NCBI GenBank assembly: GCA_900617105.1
Contig: UYFQ01000010.1
Span: forward strand, 186,001 to 250,000
Source of the DNA: Hydrurus foetidus
Lineage: Eukaryota
Direction: 5' to 3'
Length of the DNA: 64,000 nt
Every line of letters starts with the position of its first letter. Within the stretch, counting starts at the first letter, position 1. Position numbers and translations under genes: made by a program. The notes under the pieces were generated by a model. The model was not told the origin of the DNA, did no database searches, and worked only from the letters and a program-made list of their open reading frames with translations. Shown one piece after another: positions 60,935 to 64,000 of the stretch.

Positions 60935-61743
60935 TGTCGGCCGAACTGACGCCCCAGCGCGTGCGCCACCCTCTGCGTTTTCGCCAGTTGCAGGTCAGCC
61001 TGGTAGAGCGCCTGACGCCGCACCTGGTGCGCGTGACTCTGGCAGGCGATGACCTCGAAGGCTTTGTGAGCATGGGCTTTGACGACCACGTCAAACTCTT
61101 TTTCCCCGACCCCGAGACCGGTGTGTTGGCAGTGCCCACCGCCGGTGCCGAGGGCCCGGTGTGGGCCGAGGGCACGCGCCCGACCATGCGCGACTACACA
61201 CCGCACCACTTTGACCCCGTGGCGCGCACGCTGCAGATTGACTTTGCGCTACACCAGCCCGGCGGCCCGGCCACCGAATGGGCGGCACAGGCCCAGGTCG
61301 GCCAGACACTGGGCGTGGGTGGCCCGCGCGGTTCGCTCATCGTGCCCACGGGGTTTGACTGGCATTTGCTGATGGGCGACGAAACCGCCTTGCCCGCCAT
61401 TGCCCGGCGGTTGGCTGAGCTGCCGGCCGGTGCGCGTGCCGAAGTGCTGATCGAAGTGGATGGCCCGGCCGACCACATCGCGCTGCCCAGCGACGCTACT
61501 TTGAGTGTGCAGTGGGTACACCGCAGTAGCGCAGGCGCGGATGCGCTGCCCTTGCTGGACGCACTGCGCCGCACCGCCATGCCGGCCGGTGTGTTCCATT
61601 CGTGGATTGGTTGCGAATCCACCCAGGCCAAGGCCCTGCGCGCCTACTTGACCACCGAGTGCATGGCCAACCCGCAATGGATACGTGCCTCCAGCTACTG
61701 GCGTAAGGGCAGTGCAGACGCGCACGAGTCGCTAGACAAGTGA
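60934..61743 (+). CDS. Siderophore-interacting protein (ViuB/YqjH-like)
   Basis: DDHVKLFFP, RDYTP, GPRGS, GDETALPAI, YWR. Confidence 0.92.
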   Translation: MSAELTPQRVRHPLRFRQLQVSLVERLTPHLVRVTLAGDDLEGFVSMGFDDHVKLFFPDPETGVLAVPTAGAEGPVWAEGTRPTMRDYTPHHFDPVARTLQIDFALHQPGGPATEWAAQAQVGQTLGVGGPRGSLIVPTGFDWHLLMGDETALPAIARRLAELPAGARAEVLIEVDGPADHIALPSDATLSVQWVHRSSAGADALPLLDALRRTAMPAGVFHSWIGCESTQAKALRAYLTTECMANPQWIRASSYWRKGSADAHESLDK

Positions 61744-61762
61744 GTCGTGAAGTCCCTTGGTT

Positions 61763-61808
61763 TGCTATAAATTCAGTAGCTGCTCGCGCAGGTTCTGCGG
61801 GGGCTAGA
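61763..61808 (+). repeat. Dispersed repeat copy overlapping the dehydrogenase stop
   Basis: gctataaattcagtagc-tgctc-gcgc-aggttctgcgggg-gctag. Confidence 0.85.
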
Positions 61809-62844
61809 ACTCCGTAATCACGGTAACGCCGGTGCCACTGAATTGGTCCATTTGCATCAGTGCGGGGATGGACTGTTCCAGTGTGATGGTCTGGCCGATG
61901 AGTTTTTCAGGGGCCAGTTGCCCGGTCTTCAGCATGTTCATCATGGCGCCATAGCGGTGGGCCTGCATGCCGTGGCTACCCAGAATCTCCAGCTCGTGGG
62001 CGATGACCTTGCTCATGGGAATGGCGGGCGTGCTGTGGTCGGCTAGCATGAGCCCAACCTGGATGTGCTTGCCGCGCTTGCGCAGGCTGCTGATGGAGTT
62101 GAAGCAGGTGGTGGGGTGGCCCAGCGCGTCCAGCGACACATGGGCGCCGCCCTGGGTGATCTCGGTAACGGCTTCCACCACGTTGGCTACTTGCGTAGCG
62201 TTGACCGTGGCCACCGCGCCTACCGTCCGGGCCAGCGCCAGCTTGTCGTCGGCAATGTCGATGGCCACTACGTTTGCGCCCACAGCCCTGGCGATCATGA
62301 TGGCCGACAAGCCCACGCCGCCACAGCCGTGCACGGCCACCCATTGCCCGGCTGATACCTTGCCCTGATCCACGATAGCGCGGAATGAGGTGACAAACCG
62401 GCAGCCCAGGCTGGCGGCCGTGGCAAAGTCCAGTGTGTCGGGCAGGCGCACCAGGTTGATGTCCGCCTTGTGGATGGAGACGTATTGCGCAAAAGAACCC
62501 CAGTGCGTGAAGCCGGGCTGAAACTGCTGGTCGCAGACCTGGTGGTTGCCAGAGTGGCATTCCGGGCAGGCGCCACAGCCGCCCACAAATGGCACCGTCA
62601 CCCGGTCCCCCGTCTTCCAGCGCGTCACATCTTTGCCCACCGCTTCCACAATGCCGGCCAGTTCGTGGCCAGGTACGTGGGGCAGCACGATGTCGGTGTC
62701 GTGCCCCACCCAACCGTGCCAATCGCTGCGGCACACGCCGGTCGCCATCACCTTGACGACAACGCCATGCGGCTCGGGCGTGGGGTCTGGCACCTGTTTC
62801 AGTTGGGGCGGGGCGGAAAAGGCTTCGTAGACGACCGCTCTCAT
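61804..62844 (-). CDS. Zinc-dependent alcohol dehydrogenase family protein
   Basis: [19 protein letters not shown] structural zinc site, GCGGVG. Confidence 0.92.
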   Translation of the reverse strand: MRAVVYEAFSAPPQLKQVPDPTPEPHGVVVKVMATGVCRSDWHGWVGHDTDIVLPHVPGHELAGIVEAVGKDVTRWKTGDRVTVPFVGGCGACPECHSGNHQVCDQQFQPGFTHWGSFAQYVSIHKADINLVRLPDTLDFATAASLGCRFVTSFRAIVDQGKVSAGQWVAVHGCGGVGLSAIMIARAVGANVVAIDIADDKLALARTVGAVATVNATQVANVVEAVTEITQGGAHVSLDALGHPTTCFNSISSLRKRGKHIQVGLMLADHSTPAIPMSKVIAHELEILGSHGMQAHRYGAMMNMLKTGQLAPEKLIGQTITLEQSIPALMQMDQFSGTGVTVITEF

Positions 62845-62887
62845 GGGAGTTCCTTGGTATATCGGTTGGTGTGAAACTGATTGCCGG

Positions 62888-63610
62888 CTAGTCTTCCACC
62901 GCCACCAGTTCAAACTTGATGGTGAGAGTGTCCACCACCAGCAGGGCGCCCAGCGCAATGCTCAGCGGGGTGATGCCAAAGTCGGATTGCTTGATCTCGA
63001 ACGCGCCACGCACGCGCAAGCCCGCCGCTGTGGTCTGCAGCGTGACGGGCACCGTGACTTGACGGGTTTGGTCCTTGATGCGCAGGGCGGCGATGACTTG
63101 GGGCGTCTGGGCATCGCCCTGCACATGGATCGACGTGATGCGGATATTTGGGTAGCGCGCGCCGTCCAGCAGTGTGTCGCGCAGCATGTTGGCCTTGGTG
63201 CCCAGTTTCGCGTCGTCTGACACGTTTTGTGCAAAGTCCTCGCCTTCCGCAGCGCGTGTAGCGTTGTCGTCCACCACCAGGTCGTTCACCGGCACGGTGA
63301 TGTCGAAGCCGGCGCTTTCCAGAGATGACCCTTGCCATACGCTGCCCTGCAGGCTGCGCGAACTCACTACGTGGTTGTGGCCCAGCCTGGCCATGGCGCC
63401 ACCACGGTAGACCAGGATGTGCAGCATCGACGCTGCAGGGTCGATGCGGTAGACCTTGGCCAACAGTGAGGCTGGCGTGGCAGATGGCGACACCAGCGGT
63501 GGGTTTGTCTGTAACGCAGGATCAACCGGCGGTACCGATGTGCAAGACACCAGCATCGCCCAGCCCGAAAGCAGTGCTGCGGCGCGAGTGATGGGGCGTA
63601 GTGGAAGCAT
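62888..63610 (-). CDS. YceI-family lipoprotein
   Basis: LVSC lipobox-like motif; [19 protein letters not shown]. Confidence 0.8.
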   Translation of the reverse strand: MLPLRPITRAAALLSGWAMLVSCTSVPPVDPALQTNPPLVSPSATPASLLAKVYRIDPAASMLHILVYRGGAMARLGHNHVVSSRSLQGSVWQGSSLESAGFDITVPVNDLVVDDNATRAAEGEDFAQNVSDDAKLGTKANMLRDTLLDGARYPNIRITSIHVQGDAQTPQVIAALRIKDQTRQVTVPVTLQTTAAGLRVRGAFEIKQSDFGITPLSIALGALLVVDTLTIKFELVAVED

Positions 63611-63617
63611 CCTGCGA

Positions 63618-64000
63618 CTATAAGTCCAGCACCAATCGCGCGCTGGATGCACGTGAGCAGCAGGGCAGAAACTGGTCGTTCGCCGCCTGTTCTTCGGGCA
63701 TCAAGTACTGGTCGCGGTGGTCCGGCGTGCCGGCCTTCACGCGGGTCAGGCAGGTGCCGCACACGCCTTGCTCGCACGACATCGGAATATCCACGCCCGC
63801 GGCGTGCAGCGCCTCCAGCGCACTCTGGTCGGGCAGCACCTTGATGACCTTGCCGGTGCTCGCAATCTCCAGCTCGAAGCTGCCGTCGTTCGTGTGGTCC
63901 ACCGGCGCGGCGCCGAAGTATTCGCGGTGCAGGCGGCCTTCGGGCCAGCCGGCGGCGCGGCCGGCGTTCAGCACCGCGTCCATAAACCCTTGCGGACCAC
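63618..64000 (-). CDS. PDR/VanB-family oxidoreductase, C-terminal [2Fe-2S] part (runs off window edge)
   Basis: HREYF, SCEQGVCGTC, PCCSRA...LVLDL. Confidence 0.85.
   Translation of the reverse strand, partial: GPQGFMDAVLNAGRAAGWPEGRLHREYFGAAPVDHTNDGSFELEIASTGKVIKVLPDQSALEALHAAGVDIPMSCEQGVCGTCLTRVKAGTPDHRDQYLMPEEQAANDQFLPCCSRASSARLVLDL

Noticed and set aside
4186..61808. CRISPR array or integron attC interpretation of the dispersed repeat
   Set aside because: Copies are kilobases apart, degenerate and often intragenic; there are no cas or intI genes and no RYYYAAC/GTTRRRY ends.

Overview
GC-rich betaproteobacterial chromosome segment; gene order and protein style point to Comamonadaceae, possibly Rhodoferax-like (inference). 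About 1-47.9 kb is mostly core: cobG-cobH-cobI-cobJ, a PilZ protein, an LhgO-like oxidoreductase, pyrD, rpiA, riboflavin genes, a lower-GC type IV minor-pilin cassette (fimT-pilV-pilW-pilX-pilY1-pilE), nrdR, glyA under a ZMP/ZTP riboswitch, DUF349 and HD-GYP proteins, lpxH, two cyclophilins, cysS, accA, tilS, tRNA-Ser(GCT), prlC, folD, a PAS kinase/FixJ-type pair, and aceE-aceF-(proteasome-like gene)-lpdA. About 47.9-60.3 kb is accessory: a nucleotidyltransferase with a small partner, an ECF sigma operon split by an intact IS4-family element, an orphan ectoine-type aspartokinase, a lower-GC divergent gene pair with eukaryote-like features, a 638-bp partial duplication of a GH125 gene and an RsmH paralog. 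Strongest observations: (1) a dispersed ~55-bp motif with rigid spacing (GCT-N11-AGC-N5-GCGC-N13-GCT), about 12 copies, many in-frame inside genes, including the PDH E2/E3 linkers; (2) a candidate effector islet encoding an MLD-like + HSS..SGHY protein and an RGS-like protein; (3) an unannotated ~210-nt structured sRNA candidate with promoter and terminator. A cluster of frameshifts at 37.4-38.7 kb looks like sequencing error. All family assignments are by eye; no searches were run.
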